Source: Conidiobolus incongruus B7586
Lineage: Eukaryota
Reading direction: 5' to 3'
Length of the DNA: 43,506 nucleotides
Assembly (NCBI GenBank): GCA_000697335.1
Contig: JNEM01012473.1
Location: 1-43,506, forward strand
Under the pieces are notes generated by a model. It did not search any database. It was not told the DNA's origin and saw nothing but the letters and a program-made list of their open reading frames with translations. The position numbers were made by a program, and so were the translations under genes. Positions 1 to 11,079 of this stretch are shown in pieces (positions within the stretch are counted from its first letter, which is position 1; each line of letters opens with the position of its first letter).

Positions 1-1
1 T

Positions 2-229
2 AATAATTGGAAGAGTGACAGTTGAAATTGGTCTTCCAGATTTTGGCAAGTTTTGGGTAGTTTCTCTCCCAGCCTTAAAGTAATTTACCCAGCGATAAAT
101 TGTTGATTTAGATAATGCTTCATTACCAAAAGCTGTTTGTAAATTTTGAATGATTTTAGAGGGTTTGTGGTTAAGTTTTACTGATACTAAAATAAAAGAC
201 TTTTGATGGTCACTATTTGGTTTAAGCAT
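2..229 (-). CDS. Mariner (Mos1-like) transposase, N-terminal HTH region, partial
   Basis: Manual translation from ATG at 229: MLKPNSDHQKSFILVSVKLNHKPSKIIQNLQTAFGNEALSKSTIYRWVNYFKAGRETTQNLPKSGRPISTV. The 'FG..ALS..T.YRW...FK.G......P.SGRP' pattern is the mariner HTH plus GRP linker. Open to the window edge; not in the supplied ORF track. Confidence 0.88.
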   Translation of the reverse strand, partial: MLKPNSDHQKSFILVSVKLNHKPSKIIQNLQTAFGNEALSKSTIYRWVNYFKAGRETTQNLPKSGRPISTVTLPII

Positions 230-283
230 GATTAAATTAAACAACTAATTTTAAAAAATTCATTTTTTAATCAAAAAAATTAT

Positions 284-305
284 TATATATATATATATAT
301 ATATA
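284..305. repeat. (AT)n microsatellite within the mariner 5' region; similar tracts at ~27472-27492 and 43321-43344
   Basis: Directly visible dinucleotide runs. Confidence 0.8.
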
Positions 306-422
306 ATTCAAAACTATTTATTTTCCTATTTGTTTTGTATATATTTGCTTATTTGAAACTAATAATATGTTTGAAAAATCGGAAATTAAAAAATTTCCCA
401 TTTCTTCGATTCCATGGTAATA

Positions 423-674
423 TGATTAAGTTTTAAAGATACAAAAATAAAAACCTTTTGATAATCACAATCTAGTTTAAATATATTTAAATTTAAATAT
501 AAATTTTAAAATCAAAATATTTTAATAAAAAAATAATTAAAATTGAATATATATATATAGTTTGAAAATATTTATTTTCCTATATATTATATATATATAT
601 AATCTTTCAAAATATATAATATGTTGGAAAGATCAAAAATTAAAGAATTTGCCATTTTTTAATTTCCATACTAA
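423..674 (-). mobile_element. Older decayed 5' fragment of the same mariner family, interrupted by the younger copy
   Basis: 423-485 (tgattaagttttaaagatacaaaaataaaaaccttttgataatcac) aligns with 168-230 (tggttaagttttactgatactaaaataaaagacttttgatggtcac). It ends in a diverged terminus (tttgccattttttaatttccatactaata). Confidence 0.75.
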
Positions 675-2438
675 TATTTGAAACTAAAAATAATGAACAT
701 TCAAAAATTAAATAATTAGTTATTTTTTCCTTTAATAGTTAATATTATTGATATTAACTATTATTGATGATTTGAATATTATATTGTTTTTGATATAATT
801 TATTAATATAAACCAACTTTAAATAAATTTTTTAATTAATATATAATATTTTCATTAATTGATATTTTATTATAAATTTTGGATATTTATATATTAAATA
901 TAATAATTATAAAATATATTTTATTAAAGCAATAAAAAGATCCTCTATATAAAATAGTTAAATAAATCCATTAAATCTAGTATATTCACTAAATTATATT
1001 CTATATAAATATATTTTCTTTAGGATATTGAAATAATATATATACGAGAAAATCATTGATTATAAATAAAATCAATTTATAAAATATTAAACCTTAGTTT
1101 TTAATAAAATCATAATATATTAAGTGTTAAAAATTCACCAAAAGTATAGATTAATAATCATTGATAATAAAAGAGAATTGTTATTATATTTTCTTTAAAT
1201 TCCAATTATATAATTTAATTTTAAAAATTTATAATTATTTAATTTCTCTAGTCATATTTAATTTTTAATTTCAAAACTATTCAAAATAATAAATATTATA
1301 TTCTATTATATAAATATATTATTTTAACTAATTATCAAAGATTAAATAAACTAATAATACCTTTGAAAATATTAGTAAAATTTTAATTTTATTATTTTTA
1401 AAAGCATAAATATTGGTTTTAATAAATTACCATTTAATGATTTATCAAAGTAAATATATTCCTATATATTCTTTAAATTATACTATATTTGGTGAAAAAA
1501 ATTTTAATAAATAAATTATTTTTGAGTTAAAGTTAATAAGTTATTGAGTCTAAATAAGCATGAGTTGATTATAAGCTTAAGCAACTATGCAAAATGTTCT
1601 CTAAATATGTTTATAATATGAAAAGTCATAAACACCACTAAAATTTTATAACTAAGTCTAAATTTGTTCTCTAAAGTGAATCGTAGACCCTTATAAAAAA
1701 GGCCCAATAAAAACAAGACACAATATAATATTGGATAGAATCTAATTGAGAGTAAAGGGAGAACAATATTGTCTTCCTCAATCTTACTAGATATATATTT
1801 GCTAAACAGTCAATTCTACATTATAATTGTTTTTGCTTTAAAAACTTAATAAAAGCTTATGCTATTCTACTTGATTATAATCAATATAGTTTATTAATAT
1901 AGAAACAAATGTTCCACTTAAACTATAATCTTTAAGTGAATTGGATATTTATAGTAGTCACATAATTTAAAATTATTAATGAAATTATTGTAAATTTAGG
2001 GGGGTTTGCTAGTAAAGAATAATGTCTTCAAATCAATTAGTAATTCATACCTTGATTTGGATAGTTTGTTTCTTAAAGAGAATAAGTGTGCATTATATTA
2101 CTAATTAATAATAATGGGTAAATAGATTAGTAAGAAAAGTGTATTGCAACATAAGTATAATTAGTAATATTAAAAATTCATTTACTTTTCAAGTAATTAT
2201 AAAACTGATGTCAAAATTTAACAAAATAATGAATTGATCTTCTAATATTATCAAAAATCATCCAATTTTGAAAATTTAACATGTAAAGCAAATCGAATTT
2301 TAAAATATTGGTGTATGAATAATTATAGATTTTTAAATGTATATATGATATATGTATTAAAATAATATTTTCAAATATATTTAATATATTTTTTTAATGT
2401 TGAGTATTTTGAGAACGAAATGGTAAATATTTTGTATA

Positions 2439-4434
2439 TTAAATTACTCTTTCAGCTTCTTCGAGGAAGCGCTCAGGATTCATTAATTCGGTACTGCCAT
2501 AAATAACGGTACGATTAGTGTGGTTCTTAGTATATTCTTGAAGATTCACATATTCTGAATAAGTTCCACCACCGACGACGAATAGAATAACTAATTGAGG
2601 AGGTGGGGAAACTGGTGCAGGCGTCTTGGCAGTGTTAATTCTTACTTTGGGGTCAAGTGTAATCATATCTTCAATGGGTGGCGCGGATGATGGATCAAAT
2701 ATTGATTCAACCATTCTAGTGACTGCTAAATCTTTCTTCTGGGGTAAGAAGTTCTTAACACCGCTTAAAATAGATCCATATGCTTCATCTCTCAGCTTGC
2801 TACCCAATGTACCGAAACGGTTAAGTAAATTGCTTGCAGATGATGACGAATTGACAAAAGTCGGTGTTGAGGCATTCCCAGCGGACATAGTGCTCATTCT
2901 GGAAAAAGCTCTGGTTCTTTCAATATACTCGAAGCTCTTGAGAGAACATCCAGCCTGAGTTAAAACGTTTTTGAATTCTTTAATCTCATCATTGTTTATA
3001 TTAGGCCTTGATAAATAATAAACAAGGAAAAGTCTTAATTTGTCTTTTGGATCGTTTTGATCGTCTAATAAGAAGTCCAAAATCGATTGTTTGTTTTGCT
3101 TTAAAATACTTTCTTCTAATTGGACTAATTGATCGATATGTCTCTTTTGAATAGATGTTAATAATCCTGTAGCGATATTCATATGCATATCTAGAATAGA
3201 TTTTCTAGCAGTTAATTCAGGAAGTGCGGTGACTGCGCTCTTCAAATGTTTGGTGTTGCTAGCCAAATCAACTTGTCCAACTTGATCTAGATCATCAACG
3301 CCAACTACTCTTGTTAAGTCGTCAGCGTCTTTCTTGTATCTGGTCAATTCATTGTCGATTTCTTCGGCAACTGATGGGAAGGGTAACATGGAGTGTTTGG
3401 ACCAAAAGAAATCTTTACTATCGATATCAAATTTTTGAGTATGTACTCTTCCATTTTCCTCAGATTTGATGGTAATTCTATTCAATTTAATCTCTAGCAA
3501 ATCTTGAATTAAAGTCATATAATTCCATGTATGATGAACCATAGGGATAAGATCAAAGTTACGGTCTAAAATTAAGAGAACTGGGCGGTAAGGGGATGCA
3601 TTGGGAGTAAACAAACCGTTTTGAGCACTTCTTGATAAGTCACTCAATCTCTTTTCCAACTTCTCCGCAACCATATTAGCAGGACCATTTTTGGAAGCTT
3701 TGATAAGAGGGATTTGATCCAAAGTTCCTAACACAGAAGTTAAACCGTTGACTATGAGGTCGATTTCGCCTTCTACAACATTATCAGGAACACCAGCAGA
3801 GTTTAAATTATAAAAAGCGTTAGTTAAGTTTAAAGAAAACAAATTATTTTCAGGAGTCAAAAAGCTAAGATATTGATCGTAAACTTTTTGAATTTTGTCT
3901 ACTAAATTATGTTGTACAGCTTGACTAGCAAAATTTTCTAATAAAGGACGGGGTAACATTGAAATAAAATTAATATAATAAGATTCGTATAGGTTTTGTT
4001 TGATATCGTTAATCACGCGATCAATATTATCTTGAGTAGGTTGAAGGAAGTAAATAGCGGGTACATCCGGAATAGCCATTCTCTGAGCTTTAATTGGCAT
4101 ATGCAAAGTTACTCCATTTTCTCGAAGATCGTTTACTTTAAAAATTAAAGAAATTACATCTTGGCCAAATTCATCAAAGATGAGAACCTTCCAAAGCTGA
4201 TTAATAGAATTAGGATTCAACAAGTTATTAGCATCGGGCAAGTCATTATAATTGAGCATCTTAATAACCACATCTAAGAAAAATTAATTAAAAATACAAA
4301 CAATTTAGATGAATATTACCCTTTTGCTTTTCTCTCAAACTAATTTCATTCAACTTATTCAAATTCTGATATTGATTATTACTATTATTCATTGAATTAA
4401 CATTATTAAACTTATTCATACCACCAACATTCAT
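2439..4434 (-). CDS. SLY1: Sec1/Munc18-family vesicle trafficking protein Sly1; exons 4320..4434 and 2439..4273
   Basis: The 610-aa ORF has WKVLIFD, LRENGVTLH, IPDVPAIYF, RPVLLILDRNFDL, HHTWNY, DMHMNIAT and FVVGGGTYSEY motifs. A 46-nt GT-AG intron (4274..4319) joins it to the Sly1-typical SLREKQ N-terminus. The start ATG is uncertain because several are in frame. Confidence 0.93.
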
Positions 4435-5635
4435 TGTAATAGAATATTTTTTTATATTTAAAAAATCATTAAATTGAGTTATTTTGGTTTAAGTTAAGGT
4501 TTAGGTCACTTCAATTCATGCAAATTTATGACAATTCAGAATTTTCTAATCATCCAATCAAATCATTAGATTTGGCAATATCTGTATTTAAGAGTTAATT
4601 GAAATTATTCAAATAACAGAAAGGAATTTTTTACATGAACTAAGTTTTTTAAGTATAATATCAAAATCTTGAAAAGATTAAAAAATTGAATATATATATA
4701 TATTTTAAAATTTATATTTTAATATTCATGTAAGTATATAAGAAGGAGTTTTCTATATATTGTATCATTCCAAATGAGTGAAATCATTTGATAATTTTTA
4801 TTAACAAATTCACCTCTCTTATAGTTTTTGCTTTAAACCATAAATCATGACTAACTCATTTCCTAAATTTAATTGTTTACGTTTAGTTGTTTTCTGAAAG
4901 AAAATATTTACATCATTAGGGATGATGTATAATTTTCTTCATAATCTATCATTTTATTCAAGTATAATAATATATTTAAATTCAAAATTATGAATAAAAA
5001 GTAACTGGTCCTCTTTCCTTGTTATCTATAATAACATAATAATATCAAATCTCATTTAATATTATTCTAGTAATGGGATTCTGTCAAATATATCTCAATT
5101 TTGAATAAATTAATATCATATCAAAATAATAAAATTTCAACTCTTATTCGATGATTTGTATAGAAAGACTATTAATTATATAACAGATGGTACTATAATG
5201 TATAAACTTTATAACTATTACGTATATAGGACTTCCAAAATGTAATATGGTATTAATTGCTCTCAATTTTCACTAAATATTCAATGGTAATTAGAAAATA
5301 TTTGAAATCAGAAAATTCATATGACTGAGATAAAATTGTAATATAAAGATCGCCCAACGGATAAATAAGGTAATGGAAATGATTACAATCAATTATAATG
5401 ATTTCATAAATAATCATCTTTGACAATAAATCAAAACTGATATTGATTGGTTTATGAGTTTAATCATATCGATTTCAATATCTAGCAGTAACCTATTATG
5501 GTTATTTCCTAATTTATCCTATTGTTGTATTAATAGATTTATAATATTGAAGTATAAAAGTGGTATTAAGTTCTAGCATGATGTACTTTTTTCTTTTGCT
5601 AATAAGTTTTGAATATAATAAAGAAAACTCCTGAG

Positions 5636-6631
5636 ATGCTATTTAATGATTATAACAAAATGGAAAAATTATCAGAATATGATCAATATATAAATTGGAA
5701 TGCTCCAACTTTTTTAAAACATATTTACTCTCGCTTATCTTTTAAAGATATTATTAGCTGTAGCTATATTAATCATCATTGGCGAAAGCATAGCCTACCT
5801 TTTTTATTTAAAAGAATAAGACTATATCATCCATGTAATAGTTTATCTCCAGATTATTTAACCAATGAAATCAATACAAATCTCAAGGACTCAGCTTCTT
5901 TTAAGTCATATGTAAGACATATTCAACTGGATGTTGATATTGACGAGGTGGTCGCTAATCGAATATTTCAAAATTATTATCAATTAACCAAACTGACTAT
6001 TTATAAAGTAAAGATTACACAAGACACCCTGTTAAATGTATTGAAACCATTAGTTCATTTGGAGCAGTTAGTATTTAGTCAGGTAGTGATTGTTGATAAG
6101 AAAAGGAAACGAAAATCTATGGATATATTTGAACTTCCTAAGTCATTAACCAAAATCTATCTCATATGCACAGACACAATTGGGAAATCTGACTTGATCA
6201 AGAGGATTCTAAACAATCATAAACATTTCAATAAAATAATGATTGATGATTCGAATATCGAGTTGATAGACTCGATCCTATCATATTATCCTAAGCTACG
6301 AGATCTTTCAATATGCCAGTCAGTTGACAATCTCACAGATGACGAACTAGACTTAATTATTAAGAACAATCCCCAGCTTACGCATTTAAGTTTAACCACA
6401 GATAACTTTCGCAAGCCCACATTGAAGTTAATCATGCACCTGAGTCAATTGCGGTTATTGAAATTGTTCCAATTTGGGTATAGGGACTTAAAAATTCCCA
6501 AAAATTACCTTCGATTTGAACGGTTGAATCAGCTTACTACCTTGGACTGCAGTGATATTGGGTTTTTAGGGGATAAATCAAATCAATCTCTAATGAGAAA
6601 ATGTCCGCGCATCACCCACTTGAAGTTATAA
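5636..6631 (+). CDS. F-box-like / leucine-rich repeat (RNI-like) protein
   Basis: N-terminal F-box-like segment (FLKHIYSRLSFKDIISCSYINHHWR) followed by LxxLxL repeats (LTKLTI, LEQLVF, LRDLSI, LTHLSL, CPRITHLKL). The first in-frame ATG is at 5636. The ORF ends abruptly inside an LRR, so the 3' end may be incomplete. Confidence 0.7.
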   Translation: MLFNDYNKMEKLSEYDQYINWNAPTFLKHIYSRLSFKDIISCSYINHHWRKHSLPFLFKRIRLYHPCNSLSPDYLTNEINTNLKDSASFKSYVRHIQLDVDIDEVVANRIFQNYYQLTKLTIYKVKITQDTLLNVLKPLVHLEQLVFSQVVIVDKKRKRKSMDIFELPKSLTKIYLICTDTIGKSDLIKRILNNHKHFNKIMIDDSNIELIDSILSYYPKLRDLSICQSVDNLTDDELDLIIKNNPQLTHLSLTTDNFRKPTLKLIMHLSQLRLLKLFQFGYRDLKIPKNYLRFERLNQLTTLDCSDIGFLGDKSNQSLMRKCPRITHLKL

Positions 6632-7720
6632 TAGTACTGTTGATATTTAATAAATTAAGATTTACTCAAATTTAAACTTCAGTATAATCAGATATGGTAC
6701 CTATTCAATTAGGTATTAATATAATATAAACAAAACATTAATTTTATTGGATTGGAAACTTGAAATTGATTGAATTTAAGTAATGCATTTCCAACTAAAT
6801 ATTTATTAGACTCAATTTTAAGATATTTAAAATCAGAAATGGAAAATCAATAATAATTATCATTTAATCAGCATATTTTCTATCAAAAGGATTCTATTAG
6901 ACATCAATTTTAAAACTTGAATTATGTTCATAATATATATTAAAGATAAAATAATGAACAGAATCAAGACTATATAGCAATTTGTTTACATTCAAAGAAA
7001 GAATATAATAAAATTAATTATATTGATGACTAAATAAATCTTGTCTGATTTTAAAATTTTACAAATTTATTTTCAGAGAAGATAAAATCAATAATAAATG
7101 AATTAAATGGCTTAAATAGTAAAATTCTACAACCTTCCTTATTGTAGAGTTTGTTAACTATAATTAATATTTATTATATTCAATATATTTCAATATAATC
7201 ATTGCATTTTAAATAACTCGATTTCAATCAATTAATCAAAATTTATTATTATTGTTATTATATTGTAAATTTATTGAAAATAATTGTAAATAAAATGATT
7301 ATATCAAAATACAATGGTAGTCCTAATATCATTATCAATTTGATATCTTCTGCTTTATAATTATAGTTCTATAATAAATTATCCATTTAATTTAGCTATT
7401 AATATTGTAATCTAATAAATCAGTATACGATTTTAAAATTATATATAATCTACCAATTATTACTAATGTTCAATATTTTTGCATAAATATAATGAATATC
7501 AATATCAGATAAATTATAATAATATTTAAGAATCCAAGTACATTTTATGTTGTATTATCATAGTTAGGATAATTTTATAATAGATTTGCTAATTATTAGT
7601 GTTTCAATATTTTTCCTGCTGGATTTTATATAAATATATCATCACTATCGAATTCTTAATATCCAATGAGCTAAAAATGTACATTGGGATTCACTTTAAT
7701 TTTATAATGAAAGGTCAAAC

Positions 7721-8238
7721 TTAAATATATCTATCAGCCGACTTCCTAGATTCATGGTTTATATTTTTATAGGTTTCATTAGCCCTCTTAGCATATTCGG
7801 TTACTTTTTCGGCATCCTAAGACTAATTTTTTGCTTTCTCGGCTTCTTCAGGAGATATTTTACTGTATTTAGCCCAATCTTCTCCAGATTCCTTGAATTC
7901 TTCAAGAGACATTTGACTGTACTTAGCCCAATCTCCTGCAGTCTTCTTGAACCCGTCCTTCTTCTAGTGACAGACATCTCTAGCGGCATCCTTAGCATTT
8001 TCAGTTTCCCTCTTTGCTTTATTAAAAGTTACTTAAATCACTTTGTGGGCATCATTAGCTTCTGCGACAATTGCGTCCTTAGTATCTTAAAAAATGGTTT
8101 TGGCTTTGCCTAGAATGTATTCATCTCACTTTGTATTGAGTTAGCAGCTAATGCTCGTCTAAAAGCATAGTTGGATAGAAGAGCATATCAATAGATATTG
8201 GAAGATAACCGAATAGATTGTAAACGAACAATTCTTAA
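7721..8238 (-). pseudogene. Pseudogene of an LEA-like hydrophilic helical-repeat protein with a mitochondrial-transit-like N-terminus
   Basis: Minus frame reads LRIVRLQSIRLSSNIY*YALLSNYAFRRALAA..., then after a frameshift KAKTIF*DTKDAIVAEANDAHKVI*VTFNKAKRETENAKDAARDVCH*KKDGFKKTAGDWAKYSQMSLEEFKESGEDWAKYSKISPEEAEKAKN*S*DAEKVTEYAKRANE. A/K/E/D-rich, with an 18-aa (54-nt) tandem repeat. Confidence 0.65.
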
Positions 8239-10638
8239 AGTATTGATATATTAATATATACTTTAATGTTAAAAGTATTGAATGGTTGATTATTATGACT
8301 GGTAATATCTTACAATGATTGATATTTCACCAACCTTTAAATACTTTTTAAAAGAATTAATTATTATTATTTGTGCCATAAAAACTCTTTGCTACGGTTT
8401 AAAGTTTTGAAGTTTTATCATGATATATTGATTATGTCCCTAAAATTTTCAACCTTATTCAATTTGAGCACCATATAATTGCTGCAATTAGGAAGTTAGA
8501 AAAGGTGATGGACGGGACTTGACGAAGTAGACGTATCATCAGGGCTTCGATCAGTCCGCTAGTGATAATAAGAGAGTGATCGACAAGCTGGATTGCTAGC
8601 GAGTTTTCAAGTGTTTGACTATAGGGGTGCTGAACAACTTTAATTGATTGGAGCAAGTTCATCGGTTGGAATAATATATTAATTGTCAATTAAACTGATT
8701 ATTTTTTGTAAAATTTGAGGAATTTGAAGGGGATTTAGAATCGAGGATGGTGGAAGTAATGAAAAGGTGTGTGCGTGTGTACCGCACTGTCGTGGGCTAC
8801 AGCTGTTGATAAAGAGTTGGCAGAGGTGGTGATAACGTAGTGTTCTAATCAGCTGGGAACTCGGCTGAAATGTCCAGAGTTCCACTCAAGGTGGAAGTGT
8901 GGGAATGGAAATTAAAGTCAATGTTGGAAGTTGCGGCGGCGACAATAATTTAAAATCTTCATTCCAGTTTCTTGATTTTATAAAATTGATCAAACGTTCA
9001 ATAATAGACCAATTTATTCAATATTACATTAATGGTTTTTTATAAATAAAAATAATATAACATGATAGAATTACATTATTATTATTTGAATATGGAATTA
9101 TGGATTGAAATCATTATATAATCTAAGATTTCTAACGCACAATATGATGATCATAAATTTCTCTATTCAATTTAATCGAGAGATAGTGCTTCATCAATGT
9201 GCTATAGATGCATTAAAGTTTATTTTTTCCATTAATATGTTTATTGCGGAATGCAAATATTACTCAATAATATATAATAAAATCATTAATATAATACTAT
9301 TATATACTTTGCACATTTTTAAATTGTAAATATTTTTGAAATACATACAATTTATTCAATTCAGAGTCACTACTAGTACCTATTGAATGTATATCACATG
9401 AAATTGGTTCATATTTTTACAATCAGCTTTATATTTAACATTAAAACCAAAAATTTTTAAATTATTTTAAATAAGTTATATCAATATTAAATTTACAAAA
9501 ACACTTAAAAAACGAATATATTGTGATAACAATATTTTGAATTAATTAAAATTTTTAATAATAATATATGACAAAAGATTTCGAATATAAAATTCAAGCA
9601 TAATCACTCAATTAATATCTAATATTTTAGTCATTATATTGGTTCAACAGATTTTATTAAATTGAAATTATTTAAGATATTAGAGAAATAGTTAATAGTT
9701 AAATTTTCTAAAATTTATGTCAAATTTTGAACTACAAATTTTCATAATTATTCCAACAGATTTGAAATAATTTTTATCAACCTACTCATACTAACTAAAA
9801 AAACTTGAGTTTAATTTTAGAGCAATGCTTTTTAGGATGTATTAAAGGTTGAGAATAGTATAAAACTTAAGAAATCGAAAATTAATATTTCAAAAAAGCT
9901 CGATAATTGGATAATATCTATTGGATAACTATTTTTTTTTCTTTCTCAATAACTATATTGGTCAAATATTTCAATTGTAAGTCAATCAAAATTTTATCGA
10001 GGTATAGTTTGTATTGATATTATGATTAATTATTTTAAACCATAGAAAAATCTGTAATACACAATAATAATAATAACAGTAATATAAATTCATAAATTTG
10101 TATCCAAACACACCATTTTCGCATAGAAATAAGTCAAATATATGTATATTGAAAACATAATTTGATGCATTATGTATCAACTTATTGAGTTGTTTATGTA
10201 CACATATTCGTGTTGATCTAAACACTGCTTGTGGAAACTGAATCTAACAATTTATTTCAGGTTTGTATCAAATAAAAAATAATAATTTTAACAAAGTATT
10301 GATAAAGGGGAGAAATGAATTATTGAAATTAATTAAATATCCTGAACAATAATATAGCTAAATATTAGTTTATTGAATATTCACTTAATCTGTATTATCT
10401 ACAATTTGATATTAACAATAAAGCCAAAAATTGAATAATTAATTGCCATTTATACAGGATTGATTTATATGATTTCTATTTTTTTACTCAAATTTGATTA
10501 TTATCAATTTAACAATAAAATTTTTATGATCAAATATTAATCATTAGAATAAATAAAATGAGTATAAAATAAGTATGATTTTAATGATTTGCATTTATTT
10601 ACTTATATAATATTTAATTTTGTTAAAAAATTTTATAC

Positions 10639-11050
10639 CTTTTATCTCAAGCTTGGTCAAATGTTGAGTAATATTGGCGATGGTCAGAGTGGTCAACCCA
10701 CTCATCCCAGAGTGGAAAGCACCTTCAAGGCAAGCCAGACGAGCCGAGGCGCATGTATGATTAGCTGAGTAGTGAGAATAGTGCATAAGTTAGTTGAATA
10801 CGTCATCACTCAGGGGTCAAAGGTTATAGATTGGCCTTAATTCATTTTGTCCAACTAAAATCTTTTTCTTTTTGGTGACAGCCCGTGCTCTTTTATTGGC
10901 GCCTATGAGCCCACAAATACATCTTTCATAATAGGACTAACAATATTTGTTCCATGGAAGGTGTAATTCCCAATCCATCGAGTCAGCTGGTTTTGGTGAG
11001 TGGTTTTAACTGGTCTGCGATGGTTCAACAGGTTCCAAGTTGTCAACTCT
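10639..11050 (-). pseudogene. Pseudogene fragment of unknown protein abutting the mariner relic
   Basis: GC-richer island. One minus frame of ~137 codons is broken by four stops (TAA, TAG, TGA, TAA): RVDNLEPVEPSQTS*NHSPKPADSMDWELHLPWNKYC*...LTTLTIANITQHLTKLEIK, followed by a candidate GT donor. Confidence 0.45.
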
Positions 11051-11079
11051 AACAATAATAATAAAATTGAATTTTGCTA

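Larger units (their letters stand above)
1..420 (-). mobile_element. Tc1/mariner DNA transposon, 5' end (runs off the window), with terminal inverted repeat ending at 420 followed by TA
   Basis: Contains the transposase N-terminus. Minus-strand terminus TA|TTACCATGGAATCGAAGAAATGGGAAATT recurs, diverged, at ~674, ~11080, ~12668 and ~43249. TA at 421-422 fits the mariner target site. Confidence 0.85.

Noticed and set aside
1130..1500. Possible MITE bounded by ttcaccaaa / tttggtgaa
   Set aside because: The inverted match is short and imperfect in extremely AT-rich DNA, with no clear TSD.
7754..8113. 119-aa hydrophobic plus-strand ORF
   Set aside because: Antisense shadow of the K/E/A-rich minus-strand pseudogene.
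9105..10225. Short ORFs at 9105 and 9986 (also 16385, 21471, 22335, 41455)
   Set aside because: Low-complexity I/N/F/Y-rich translations typical of AT-rich noncoding DNA, often with non-ATG starts.
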